A stretch of DNA of 64,000 nt, taken from the NCBI GenBank assembly GCA_963750165.1, contig CAVVPN010000011.1:2284270-2348269 (forward strand), written 5' to 3'. Each line of letters starts with the position of its first letter. Positions within the stretch are counted from its first letter, which is position 1. The DNA is from an uncultured Gemmataceae bacterium (GTDB taxonomy: Bacteria > Planctomycetota > Planctomycetia > Gemmatales > Gemmataceae). Shown here piece by piece: positions 10,235 to 20,600 of the stretch. A program made the position numbers and the translations under genes. The notes under the pieces were generated by a model. The model ran no database searches. It saw only the letters and a list, made by a program, of their open reading frames with translations, and was not told the origin of the DNA.

Positions 10235-11032
10235 TCAGGCATTCCCCGCCCGGGCCAGCACGGCGACCACCACGCCCGCCGCGCCGGCATCGCGAAGGGT
10301 GCGGGCGCATTCGTGCATGGTGCTGCCAGTGGTCATCACGTCATCGACGAGCAGGACGGTGCGGCCCTGGAAGCCGGTGCGCGGGGCGACGCGGAAAGCC
10401 CCCTTGACGTTGAGGCGGCGGGCGGTGGGAGAGGCCTGGTGGTGTTGCACGGGGGTGTCGCGCCAGCGGCACAGACCGTGGGCCAGGCACGGCAACCGGA
10501 GGTGGTCGGCCAACGCATAGGCCAGCGCTTCACTCTGGTTGTAGCCGCGCGACCAGCGTCGCCGCCAGTGCAGCGGCACGGGCACCACCAGGTCCGCGGC
10601 CAGCGCCCGCAACCGGTCCGCGACGTGCTCCACGAAGAGGTCGCCAAGCACTTCCGCCAACCCTTCACCGGAGTGGTGCTTCAGGCGCAGCACCGCCCGG
10701 GACAGCAGATCACCTGTCGTGCGGTTCTCGTACGGACCAAGGCGCCGAACCGCGGCGAAGGCGAAGTGTTCCCCGCGGCACTTCGGGCAGCCGTCGTCAG
10801 TATCGGTGCGTGGGCCGACATTGGCGGCGCAGCGCGGACAGGTCGCGAAGGGGTCGCTGGTCAGGGCGGACTGGCAAGGCTTGCAGAACGCGCCGGTTTC
10901 CTCGGGCATTGAGACGCCGCAGAGCCAGCAGACACGCGGGTAGATCAATTCGACGAAGCCCTGGCCCAGGGCGCGGGCGGCGCTGACGAACCGGGCGGAC
11001 CAGGGTGAAGGCGGTGGCGTGGAGGACGGCAT
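10235..11032 (-). CDS. comF: ComF family protein (double zinc ribbon + phosphoribosyltransferase)
   Basis: CxxC repeats, PVPLH..R...RGYNQS, LLVDDVMTTGST. Confidence 0.88.
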   Translation of the reverse strand: MPSSTPPPSPWSARFVSAARALGQGFVELIYPRVCWLCGVSMPEETGAFCKPCQSALTSDPFATCPRCAANVGPRTDTDDGCPKCRGEHFAFAAVRRLGPYENRTTGDLLSRAVLRLKHHSGEGLAEVLGDLFVEHVADRLRALAADLVVPVPLHWRRRWSRGYNQSEALAYALADHLRLPCLAHGLCRWRDTPVQHHQASPTARRLNVKGAFRVAPRTGFQGRTVLLVDDVMTTGSTMHECARTLRDAGAAGVVVAVLARAGNA

Positions 11033-11175
11033 AACGCCTCGAAAATCAGTCGGCGTTGGCGAGCGGCGCGGCGGAAAGAGCTGCCGAACTTGCTGAATAC
11101 AACGCCCAGGGGCAGGAGAAATGGCGAGATTTGCCGGCCGAATTGCCGCAGAGAGGGATTTCAGAGGGCATAAGA

Positions 11176-11318
11176 AGAGTGTTCCTGGTGGGACGCACGG
11201 GTGCGGGCGATAGGCCACGGACCTAAACGGTAACGGGATTGGACTCCACCCCGGCACGAGGCCGGCCCTTTCCCGACTAACCTAAAGGGCACCGCTAGTG
11301 GCCCACCAGGGACACTTT
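11176..11318 (+). ncRNA. Structured intergenic RNA, possibly 6S RNA
   Basis: Terminal stem agagtgttcctggtggg/cccaccagggacacttt (G-U wobbles only on +), inner stems ggtgc/gcacc and cggga/tcccg, and a central bubble. Confidence 0.4.
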
Positions 11319-11431
11319 CCAGAAGATACTCATCCCCCAGCGCCGACACAAGACAACTCTCACCGAATCCCGGCCCATCCTGGTTTCCGCTGACAACCTG
11401 CACCAGCATTGCCGAGAATGCCGGCCAGTCC

Positions 11432-12739
11432 TCACGCCCCAGTGGACGCCATCACTTGCTCCAGATCCTCCAGCAGCTTTTTGCCCAGTTGCGGATCCGT
11501 CATGTAAACATACGCCGCGTAGCCGCGCAACCGCGCCGGCGTCTCGCCCTCCTGGAGCCCCCCGCCGTGCTTCAGATTGTGAATCGCGGCCCGCAGCTGC
11601 CGCTTCAGTTTGCGCGGCACGCGCGGCTCGCCCTGACCGTTGACCACCAACCCCGTGATTTTCTGGCGACCGCCTTTGCGCAGCACCCGCGTCTTGTCCT
11701 CGTTGAGCGTGAAGCCCTCGCTCTCGACGATGCGCTTGACGAAGCCCAGCAATTTTCCCAGGAACGGCTTGCCCTTGTGCTCGGCCGGCAAGCTGAACGT
11801 CAGGTCGTCGGCGTAGCGGCTGTAGCGCCAGCCGAGCTTCCTGGCCAGCGACGCAATGCGGTTGTCCAGATGCAGGCAGAGCGTGTTCGTCAGTCCGGGA
11901 CTGGTCGGCGCCCCCTGTGGCAGGCAGCGCGGCCCCAGGGCGATGTAGTACGTCTTGCCCTGGTGCTGTACGACCTCGCGCGGCGACTCCGTGCAGAGCA
12001 GCGCCAGCAGCGTCGCGATCTGTTCGCGGTAGCCGGCCTTGCGGAAGACGCCCTTGACGCGCGGCAGTGTTACCGTCGGGAAGAATGACTTGATGTCCAT
12101 CTTGACGACGATTTTGGCGTCCGTGTGCCGGGTGGCGTTGGTCAGCGTGGACCGGCCCGCGAGGAAACCATGCACCGCCCCATGCACGAGCAGTTTTTCC
12201 ACGATGTTGCGCAGGATCCAGCGCTGGGCCGCCTTCAGCTTCTTCATCGGCGCCCAGATCGGCCGTTCGCTGCCGTCGCGCTTGGGGATGGTGAAGCGGT
12301 AGTAATGGATGCGCGTCGCCGCCTCACGGTGGTACGCCAGCCAGCGCAGATGGCCGACCGACAGGCTCAGCGCCTCGGCCAGCTGCTGTGGCGTGTCCAG
12401 TGGCGGCAGTTCGTTCTCGGCGGCACGCTCCTCGGCGTGCGGCGCGTCCCATTTGTCCTTGCGGTTCGGCTCGTCGTTCCAGTAGATACCCTCGCCGAGG
12501 TGGACGATGTGGTTGGCCTTGTACGCGAGCCACGTTTCCTTCTTGATCTTGCGGAGTTCTTCCGCCTCGGCGCGCAGCTGCTTCTTGTACTGCTCCAGCT
12601 CGCGCTCGGACATGCCGTCCGTCTCGCGGCGCTCGACAAGGTAGCCGCGCTCGCGCAGTTGCAGGTTGATGAACGCCTGCACGCCGCCGGCCTGGAGGAT
12701 GTTGCGCCAGAGGGTGATCGGGTCGGTTTGCTTGGCCAT
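11432..12739 (-). CDS. Retron reverse transcriptase, Mx162-like
   Basis: IPKRDG, NAxxH (NATRH), DIKSFFP, LPQGAPTSP, catalytic RYADD and the retron-type ITGLVVN motif. The N-terminal extension (KANHIVHLGEGIYW) resembles the Myxococcus Mx162 RT as I recall it. Confidence 0.95.
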   Translation of the reverse strand: MAKQTDPITLWRNILQAGGVQAFINLQLRERGYLVERRETDGMSERELEQYKKQLRAEAEELRKIKKETWLAYKANHIVHLGEGIYWNDEPNRKDKWDAPHAEERAAENELPPLDTPQQLAEALSLSVGHLRWLAYHREAATRIHYYRFTIPKRDGSERPIWAPMKKLKAAQRWILRNIVEKLLVHGAVHGFLAGRSTLTNATRHTDAKIVVKMDIKSFFPTVTLPRVKGVFRKAGYREQIATLLALLCTESPREVVQHQGKTYYIALGPRCLPQGAPTSPGLTNTLCLHLDNRIASLARKLGWRYSRYADDLTFSLPAEHKGKPFLGKLLGFVKRIVESEGFTLNEDKTRVLRKGGRQKITGLVVNGQGEPRVPRKLKRQLRAAIHNLKHGGGLQEGETPARLRGYAAYVYMTDPQLGKKLLEDLEQVMASTGA

Positions 12740-12752
12740 GATTCGCTCTTCT

Positions 12753-12815
12753 CGTGGGGCAGACATTCCTCTCTGCCAATCATCAAGGACGGCAGAGAGG
12801 AATATCTGCCCCACG
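12753..12815. repeat. REP-like palindrome (GTGGGGCAGACATTCCT family)
   Basis: Near-identical element at 55806-55866. Confidence 0.85.
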
Positions 12816-12820
12816 ACCAG

Positions 12821-14692
12821 TTACTCGGTGGTCGCGTCCAGGTAGCCGCGGGCGTGCAGGTCGGCGAGCCGGGCCTGGTACGCCGCCCGCGCCTCCTCCA
12901 GCGTCCCGAACTTCAGCCGCTGCAGCCGCGACTCCTTGCCGGCCCGGCCCCAGCGCAGTTTCAGGCGCTGCTTCTCCAGCGACACCTGGAACACATCCTC
13001 GCCGGCCGCGTCGCGCTTGCTGAAGGTGCGCGTCTCCATCGTCACCTTGTCCAGGCTCGGCTTGCCGCGCTGCTGCTCCGCGTAGGCCAGCCGCAGCGCG
13101 ATCAGGTGAGCGCACGGCCCCTGCTTCAGCCCCTGCTTGCGGTACAGCGCACACGTGCATTCCGCCTTGAGCACCTGGGCTTCGTCGCCCAGCAGCAGTT
13201 GCGGCCGGTACTCGCGCTTGTCCTCGTCCACGGCGACCTTGCCGGTCAGCTCCAGGCCGGTGCCGGCGATGCGGTTCTCACTCGTGAGCTTGACCGCCCC
13301 GCGCCGCACCAGCAAATCATGGGCGACGCGCTCACGCTGGTTGCGGTACTCCAGCCGCTCCAGGTCCAGCGGCGCCTCGGACAGCGGACGTAAGCGATAC
13401 ACATCCTCCGCCACGTCGTACATGAGCTTGCCCTGCTGGCAGCCCAGTTGCAGTGCCTCGACCAGCGCCGCTCCCTTGAGGCCAGTCTTTTTGGACAGGG
13501 AATCAGCGTTGGCGAGCCAGACGCCGGCGAGGTGGGCGAGGATGGCTTCGAGCGGCTTGCTCGTCTGCGTCTTGCGCGGCAGCAGCAGGTCGAAGTTGAT
13601 CGCCTGCGACCAGTTGGCGGCGGTGAAGCCGGTCAGGCCGACCGTCATGGAAAAATCCGCGGCGCGAAAGATCCAGAAGTTCGGCAGACCGTTGCCGAGC
13701 AGCCGCACGTCGATGGACTCGATCAGCGGTAGCAGACGCTGGAGCAGCAGCAGTCGGCGCCGTCCCCAGATGCGCACCACCTTCGGGCTCTTGCCCTTGA
13801 ACGTGCCGAGGCTCGACGGCAGCACCAGCTCCCACGGCTCCAGCACCAGCCGCGGTTTTTCCGCGGGAATCAACTCGATACGGATACCGCGGCGCTTGCC
13901 CTTTTTGTCGCCGTGCATGCGCAGATGCCGCATCAGGTTGTACAGATCGATGGGCGCCAGCGAAAATTCGTCCTGCGGCAGCGTCGCAGCGGACTGCACC
14001 TGCAAGAAACCGCGCAGCCAGGTGTCCGGGACCTGAATCTTCTTCTCCAGGATTTCCTTGTGCGTCGCGTCCGGCGTTTTCATGGCGACCTGTTCGCGGC
14101 CGATGTGCAGCCGCGTCGCGCGGAAACTGCGCAGTTGCTGCACGCCCGCGAACAGCGCGGGGCTGAAGTCGATGTTGGTGGTGCCATGCGTCGGGCTGCC
14201 CGCCACGTCGAAGGTGCCGCCGCGGTCGAAGCTCAACTTGGCGTAGGTGCCCTCGTCCTTGCTAAAAACCTCGAAAATTACCTTGTCCGGGTGGACGGTG
14301 ATGATCGGGTCGAGCATGACGAACGCCAGCGGGTCGTTGCGCAGCAGCCAGGAAAAATATGCCTGCTGCGCCTGCCAGGCCCCCTGGCCGAGCGACTCCT
14401 TGCGCATACGCTGGTAGGCCATGTACGCGGTGCGGTCCTTGGGCACGTAGCGGAAATCGCTGCCGACGACGGCGTAAAGCGCGGCCATCGCTTCACGGAA
14501 GCGCAGCGGCTTGCGGACGGCACCGTCGAAGCGCACCGGCTCGCGCTGCAGGTTGGCGAACAGGTCCAACTCAGTGCCGGCCTCCGTCGTCTCCAGGTGG
14601 CTGGCGCCGGCGTAGCTCAGGTGGAACGGCGTGCTCGGCGCCGGCTCCGGCGCGGCCGCCGGTTGCTCGACGGGTGTTTCTTCGGTGCTCAT
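12821..14692 (-). CDS. SWIM zinc finger + C-terminal WGR-domain protein (retron-associated)
   Basis: AECTC...GPCAH SWIM motif and LRWGRAG WGR motif; start overlaps the upstream stop (ATGA). Confidence 0.85.
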   Translation of the reverse strand: MSTEETPVEQPAAAPEPAPSTPFHLSYAGASHLETTEAGTELDLFANLQREPVRFDGAVRKPLRFREAMAALYAVVGSDFRYVPKDRTAYMAYQRMRKESLGQGAWQAQQAYFSWLLRNDPLAFVMLDPIITVHPDKVIFEVFSKDEGTYAKLSFDRGGTFDVAGSPTHGTTNIDFSPALFAGVQQLRSFRATRLHIGREQVAMKTPDATHKEILEKKIQVPDTWLRGFLQVQSAATLPQDEFSLAPIDLYNLMRHLRMHGDKKGKRRGIRIELIPAEKPRLVLEPWELVLPSSLGTFKGKSPKVVRIWGRRRLLLLQRLLPLIESIDVRLLGNGLPNFWIFRAADFSMTVGLTGFTAANWSQAINFDLLLPRKTQTSKPLEAILAHLAGVWLANADSLSKKTGLKGAALVEALQLGCQQGKLMYDVAEDVYRLRPLSEAPLDLERLEYRNQRERVAHDLLVRRGAVKLTSENRIAGTGLELTGKVAVDEDKREYRPQLLLGDEAQVLKAECTCALYRKQGLKQGPCAHLIALRLAYAEQQRGKPSLDKVTMETRTFSKRDAAGEDVFQVSLEKQRLKLRWGRAGKESRLQRLKFGTLEEARAAYQARLADLHARGYLDATTE

Positions 14693-17600
14693 GTTGTCTT
14701 GACCTCTCCGGCCGCCGTGGCCAGGCGCTGCCGCGCCCGCTTCAGGCGCCGCAGCGCCCGCCACGCGGCCTTGCGCAGCTCTTCCTCTTCCTTGTCGTTG
14801 CGGGCGACGGCCAGCAATTTTTGCTCGGCCGCCGCCTGCGGGATTTTCGCCAGCCCCTCGACCGCCCCGAGTCGCGTCGCCTCGGGCAGCTTCGGGTTCT
14901 CCGCCACCGCGGCCAACCCATCCACGTCCGCTTGCGCGACCAGGTGCGGCAGGGCGACGCCCTGGTAGTGGACCTGGCGGACGGCGGCGCGGAGCGTGTC
15001 GGTCTCGGCGGCGCCGTCGCGGAGCAGCAGGCGGTTGAAGCTGACGCGATCCGACAGAAGTTTTTCCGCGATTTTTTTGGCCCGCTCCGGGCTGTTGCGG
15101 CCGAGCGCGTCCGCGGCGACGGTGCGGATTTCCGGGTCGTTGCCCAGCGCCGCCTGCTCCAGCACGTCGAGCGTCGCGGCGTCCTTCGAGTCCGCCAGGG
15201 CCGTGACCGCTTCCAGCCGGATCGGGCGGTACAGCGGGTCATCGGCCCCGGCGGCGGCCAGCGCGACGAGCCGGTCCTGCGCAACGCCGAGGCGGCCGGC
15301 GGCCCAGATCAGGCTCGTCAGGCACGGCGTCAACTGGTCGAGTTGCTGGCGGTCGCGCGGCAGGTTGTCCTTCGCGACCAGCCGCCGCCGTTCTTGCCAC
15401 GCCGCGGCCCAGCGGTCCAGCGCCGCGGCCACATCCTTGGCGGCGTCCTTCGCGGCGGAGCCGGCGCGGCCGAGCAGGTGGGCCGCCACCTGGACCGTTT
15501 TGGCGTTCTGGCTCGTCAGCGCCGCGCGGGCCTCCGCCAGCGGTGGCGGCGTGCGGTTGATGAGGGCGTTGGCGATGGCCGTGTGGACGAACTCGATGCC
15601 ACTGGCCAGCAAGCGGAATAACTCGGCCGGCTCCCCGCGCTCGCAGGCGCGCTTCAGCACCTCATCGTAATCGTTCCCCTCGTTCGGGTTTCGTAGCAGG
15701 GCATAATCCGGCTCCAGCGCGTCTGGTCCCCACAGCCGTCGAGCGCTGGTGAGCGCTGCCTCGACGGACATAGTGTCATCACTCTCCGACAACATCTTCA
15801 GCAGCAAGTCGCGGGTACTTGGTTCGTTGTTGTAGCCGAGTTGCTCGATGGCAAAATATACGGCATAGGTGGCCCAATCCTGGGTCTGTTCGCGGATCAG
15901 TTGCCAGGCGTCACGAGTGTTAAGCCAGCGCAATCCCTTGACTGCCGACCCCGCGAGAACGCTGTCGCTTTTGACCAAACGCGCCAGCAGCTTGAAGATC
16001 GCGTCCGCCTTGTCCGACCGGCCCAGGTGGCCGATGGCCTCCGCCGCCACGTCCTGCAGCGCGTGGCCCTCCTCGTTCGCCAGCCGCAGCAGCGTATCGA
16101 CCGAGCGCACGTCCGCCAGTTCGCCCAGCGCCCGCAGCGCCCGCGCCCGCATTGGATGATCGGTCAGGAAGTCGATGCTCGCCAGCAGCACGTTCATGCC
16201 GTCGTTGCGGCCCGCCTTCGCCAGGCCCTCCGCGGCCAAAAACTGCGTCACCGGGTCCTTATGCGCCAGCGCCTTGACCAGCGACTCGGCCGGCCCGCCG
16301 CGCTTCCGCAGCCGCCAGCCGACCGCCTCTACGAACGAGTGCCGAAACCGCTCGTCCGGGTGCGCCACCACCACCGCCAGGGCGGAATCGACCTCCTGGC
16401 CCAGCGCCCACCGCGCCGCCGGGATCAGCCGCGTGAGCAGGTCGCCAGCGCCGACTGTGAAGCAGCGGTCGATCAGTTGCGCCAGGAGGGCGTCGCGGCG
16501 CGGGTGCTGCTTTTCCAGCCATTCGCGGTCGGGCTTCTCGTCTTCGTAATCCTCAATGGGCTGATCGTGGCCGCTAACCAGCTGCAGCGCCTCGAACGCC
16601 TGCTTGCGCCACTTCGGCTGCTTCTCGAACAGTCCGAACAGCCGCGGCGCCACCTCCGGCCGGCGGAACCTGCCGACGGCCTGGAACAGCTCCGCGACCT
16701 GGGCGGTGCCGGCGGGGTCGTTCTCCAGGCGGTCGAGCAGGGCGTCCGGCGTGCGCGGGTCGCCGAGCGTCACCAGCGCCTTGATGGCCTGATTCTGGGT
16801 CGCGGCGTCCGGGGCGGTGTTCAGCAAGCTCACCAGGGCGGCATACGCGGCGCTGTCCTTCTTGCCGGCCAGCTCCAGCGCGGCGCGGTTGCGGACGGGG
16901 CGGTAGCGCGAGTCCAGCGCCTGCCGCAGCGCCGCCTGGGCCGCCGGGTCTTTCTCGTACTCCGCGGCCAGCCACAGCACCGCCTGCTTGCGCACCTCGT
17001 CGTTGGCGGCCTCCAACGCGCGGGCCGCCACCGGCGTCTGGCCCTGCCGCGCCACCAGCAACTTCGCCGCCTCCAGCGCCAGGTTGTCGCCGCGCGTCAG
17101 CATCACCTGTTCGATGACCTTGTCGCCCTGGCCGCCCTTCGCCGACGCGCCGAGCAACTCCAGCCCCTTGATGCCGAGGTCGGTGTGGCCCGCCTCCAGC
17201 GCCTCGGCGCCGAGCGCCGTGCCGTCCATTTTGAGCGTTTGCAGCTGCTCGAACGCCTGGAAGCGCACCGGCTGGTTGGGGTCGCCGAGCGCCTGCACGA
17301 ACACCGGCACCGCGGCGCGGGCGTAGTGGGCGTCGGCGCCGGCCAGCGCCAGGATGCGGGCGAGCGCGGTCTGGCGGACGCGGATGACGAGGGCGGCGCG
17401 CTCCTGCCGGCCGGCGGCGCTGCCCTGCTCGCGCACCAGGCCGACGTAGGCGCCGAACGCCAGCTCCTGCAGCTGCTCGGGAGTGTACTGCGACGCGGGC
17501 GGCCGCTGCGCCTGCTGCCGCAGCGTGGCGATCTCGTGGGCGAAGCGCTGCGTGTGCGCGGCCCAGGCGGCGTTCCAGGCGTGCGGCTCCTTCTCCTTCA

Positions 17601-20600
17601 GCGTCTGCAGCAAGGCGGCGGTGCGCGCCTTCAGGTGCGGGCCGGCGTGCGCGACCAGCGTGGCCACCGTGTCCACGATGTCCGCGCCGATCTTCCACGG
17701 CTGCTCCTCGCCGCGGTCGTTGAACAGCTGCGTCACGAACTGCAGGAACGCCGCGGGGTCGGTGAAGCACTCCAGGGCGCGGGCGGCGGTCAGGCGGACG
17801 CGCGGCATGCGCGACGACAGCGACGCCAGGCAGCGCGTCGGCGTGCCCGCGTTCGCCTTCAGCTCCAGCATCATGAGGAGCAGCAGCGCCTGGTTGCAGA
17901 GGTGGGAGTCGGCGTCGTCGAGGAAGACGGTCAATTGGTCCTCACCGGCCGGCCCCAGCGTCAGGGCCGCGATCAGCCGTTCCTCCGGCCGGAAGACCGT
18001 CGCCGCCTGATCGACGAACACCCACGACGCCACGTAGGGGTCGCCGGCGTAAGCGAGGCCGAGCGCCGCCAGGTATTTCACGTGATTGTCGTTGTGCTGC
18101 AGCGCCTGCCGCAGCGCCTCGGGGGCGTTGGCCGGCGATACCCAGATGAGCGCCCGCGCCGCCGCCTGGCGGACGTTGGCGTGCGTGCTGTCGAGCAACG
18201 GCAGCACGTCCGTCAACGCCGCGGGGTCGCCCAGCTCGGCCAGGCCGGCCAGCGCGTCCGCGACCAGCGCCGCCCATTCGCCCTGCCGCTCCTTCTCCTG
18301 CGGCTCCGGCCGTGTCGCCAGGCTCAGCAGCACCGGCAGCGCCGCCCGGTCGCCGTGCTTCGCCAGCGCCTTCGCGGCGCTGAGGCGCACGTCATCGTGC
18401 GGACTCTGCAGCGCGTCGGTCAGGGCGGCGCGGGCGTCGTCGCTGACCAGCGACTGAATCGCGCGCTGCCGCACGACTTTTTCCTTATCGACCAGGGCGC
18501 GGACGAGGATCGCCTGCGCCGCCTTCGTGTGCTTCTTGACCAGGCCCTCCACCGCCGCCTTGCGGACATCGACGTACTGCGCGAGCAGGCCGACTTCCAG
18601 CGGCTCCAGCTCCTTCGTCTTCTTGACCGCGAACTGGAACGCCTCGTCGCGCAGCTTCGGGTCGGGGTCGTTGTAGAACTCCAGCAGCAGCGACCACGCC
18701 CACTGCTCGCCAACCTGGGCCATCACCTCGGTCAGCACCTCGCGGCGGACGTTGGCGTGGGCGCTCTGCAGCACGAAGCGCAGCGTGGCCACGCCGCCGC
18801 CGGCGATCTGTAAATTCAGCGCCGCCTTGAACGCCTCGTTGCGGACGCTCTCGAAGCTGTCGTTGAGCGCCCGCACCAGCAGCTGCCAGGTCGGCGCCAC
18901 GGCGTCCTTCGGTTTCGCCTTCTTCGCCTCGCTGACGAGCACCTGCAACCCGCGGCGGCGCACGTCTTCAAAAGCGGCGCTCAGGCCGGACTCGGCGACG
19001 GTTAGCGGCTGCTCGTCGTGCAGCGCCAGCAGGGCGGTGAACGCCGCGTCGCGCACCGCCGCCTCCTTGTCGTAGAGCAGCGAGCGCAGCCGCTTGACGG
19101 CGCGCTCGTCGTCCAGCGCCGCCAGCGCCCGGCAGACTTCCACGCGCGCCGCGGTGTCGTCCTCGCGGCTCAGCTGCAGCAGCAGCCCGAACGCGCGCGG
19201 GTCGCCAAGGACCGCCAGGCCACGGCCGCCCATCAGGCACACGTCCAGCGCCCGGCTGGCGGTCGCCTGCAGCAGCGGGTTGTAATCCGCCTCATCGAGA
19301 TTGGGCTTCTCCGCCGCGGGTTTCTGCGGCTTGCCCGCGACGGCCTTCACCTGGGCCGCGACCTTCTGCAGCGCCGGCTCGGCCTTCTCCGTCTTCTTGC
19401 CCTTCTTCTCCTTGCCCTCCGGCTCCGCTTCCTGGCCGAACGTCTCCAACTCGACCAGTTGCCGGTGCAGTTCCGGGTCGCGTGCCCGCAGCGCCGGCGG
19501 CAGCCGGTCGCGCGTACACAGCGAGATCAGAAAGGCGGTGCGGCGCACGTCGGCGTCGGCGTCCTCGGCCCGGCGGCGCAGTGCCGCCTGCACCTTCGCG
19601 TCCTGCAGCAGTTTCCGCTGAAACAGGCGGATCAGCGTGAATTTCCGCAGGTCCGCGTGCTTGCTGTTCAGCGCGATCAGGTTCGCTTCCGCCGCGCCGC
19701 CGTGGACGCGCTCCAGGCTCGCCAGCGCCGCCCGCCGCACTTCCAGCGTCTTCGCGTCCAGCGTCTCGACCAACCGGGTCAGCGCCTGGTCGTCCTTCGC
19801 CGCCAGCTGCTCCAGCGCCGCAACCGCCAACTTGCCGACATCCGGCTTGTCCGTCTTCAGAGCCAAATCGAGCGGCCGCAGGTCGCTGTCGCCGAGGTGC
19901 TTCCGCAGCCCCGTCAGCGCCGCGATGCGCACCGCCTCGTCCGCGTGGTTGAGCCGCTTCTCCAGCGCCTTCGCCGCGCGCGGGTTGGCGGCGTCGCCGA
20001 GCAGCTGCGTCGCCAGCAGCCGCAACCCGTGGTCGCCGTCCTTGCCGATTTGCTCCGACAGCAGTTCGATGCCGGCATTGTCGTTGAAGCCTGCCAGCGC
20101 CCGGATGGCGGCCTCGCGGCGGCGCGACTCGGTTTGCTCGAATTCGTTCTTGACCCAGGCGAAGGCGTCGTACACCTTCGCGGTCGGGTCGCCGATCTTG
20201 CCGGCCGCGTCGATGATGAAGCAGCGCAGCGTGTTGTCGTCGCAGACGACGGCCAGCTGCGTCCGCGTGTGGACCTGCACCAGCGTCAGGCCCGTCACCT
20301 TGACGACGCCGTCCTTCAGCGTCGCGGGTTTGGCGGCGCCGACGCGCGGCCACGCCTTCACGGTTTTGTCGCGGCTGCCGGTGTAGAAGCGCTCGCCGCC
20401 GGGCGCCCAGATCATGGCCGTGATCGGTTCGGTGTGGTTGTTGCCGCGGCCGCGGTCCTCCGGCTCCAGCTTGCCGCGCGCGTGCGTGGATAGCAGTTTC
20501 TGGTCGGCACCCACCGAGAAGAAGCGCAGCTCCTCCTGCTCGAACAGCAGCGCCGTCACGGCTCCTTCGTGGATTTTCTCGGATTCGCTGATGAGGAACT

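Noticed and set aside
11432..12739. RT as group II intron, DGR or CRISPR-associated
   Set aside because: It has retron NAxxH and (V/I)TG motifs. No maturase/endonuclease domain, TR/VR pair or cas1 is visible.
12753..12815. Hairpin directly upstream of the RT as its msr-msd
   Set aside because: Only ~63 nt long, and a near-identical copy occurs at 55806 beside selB, so it is a dispersed REP.
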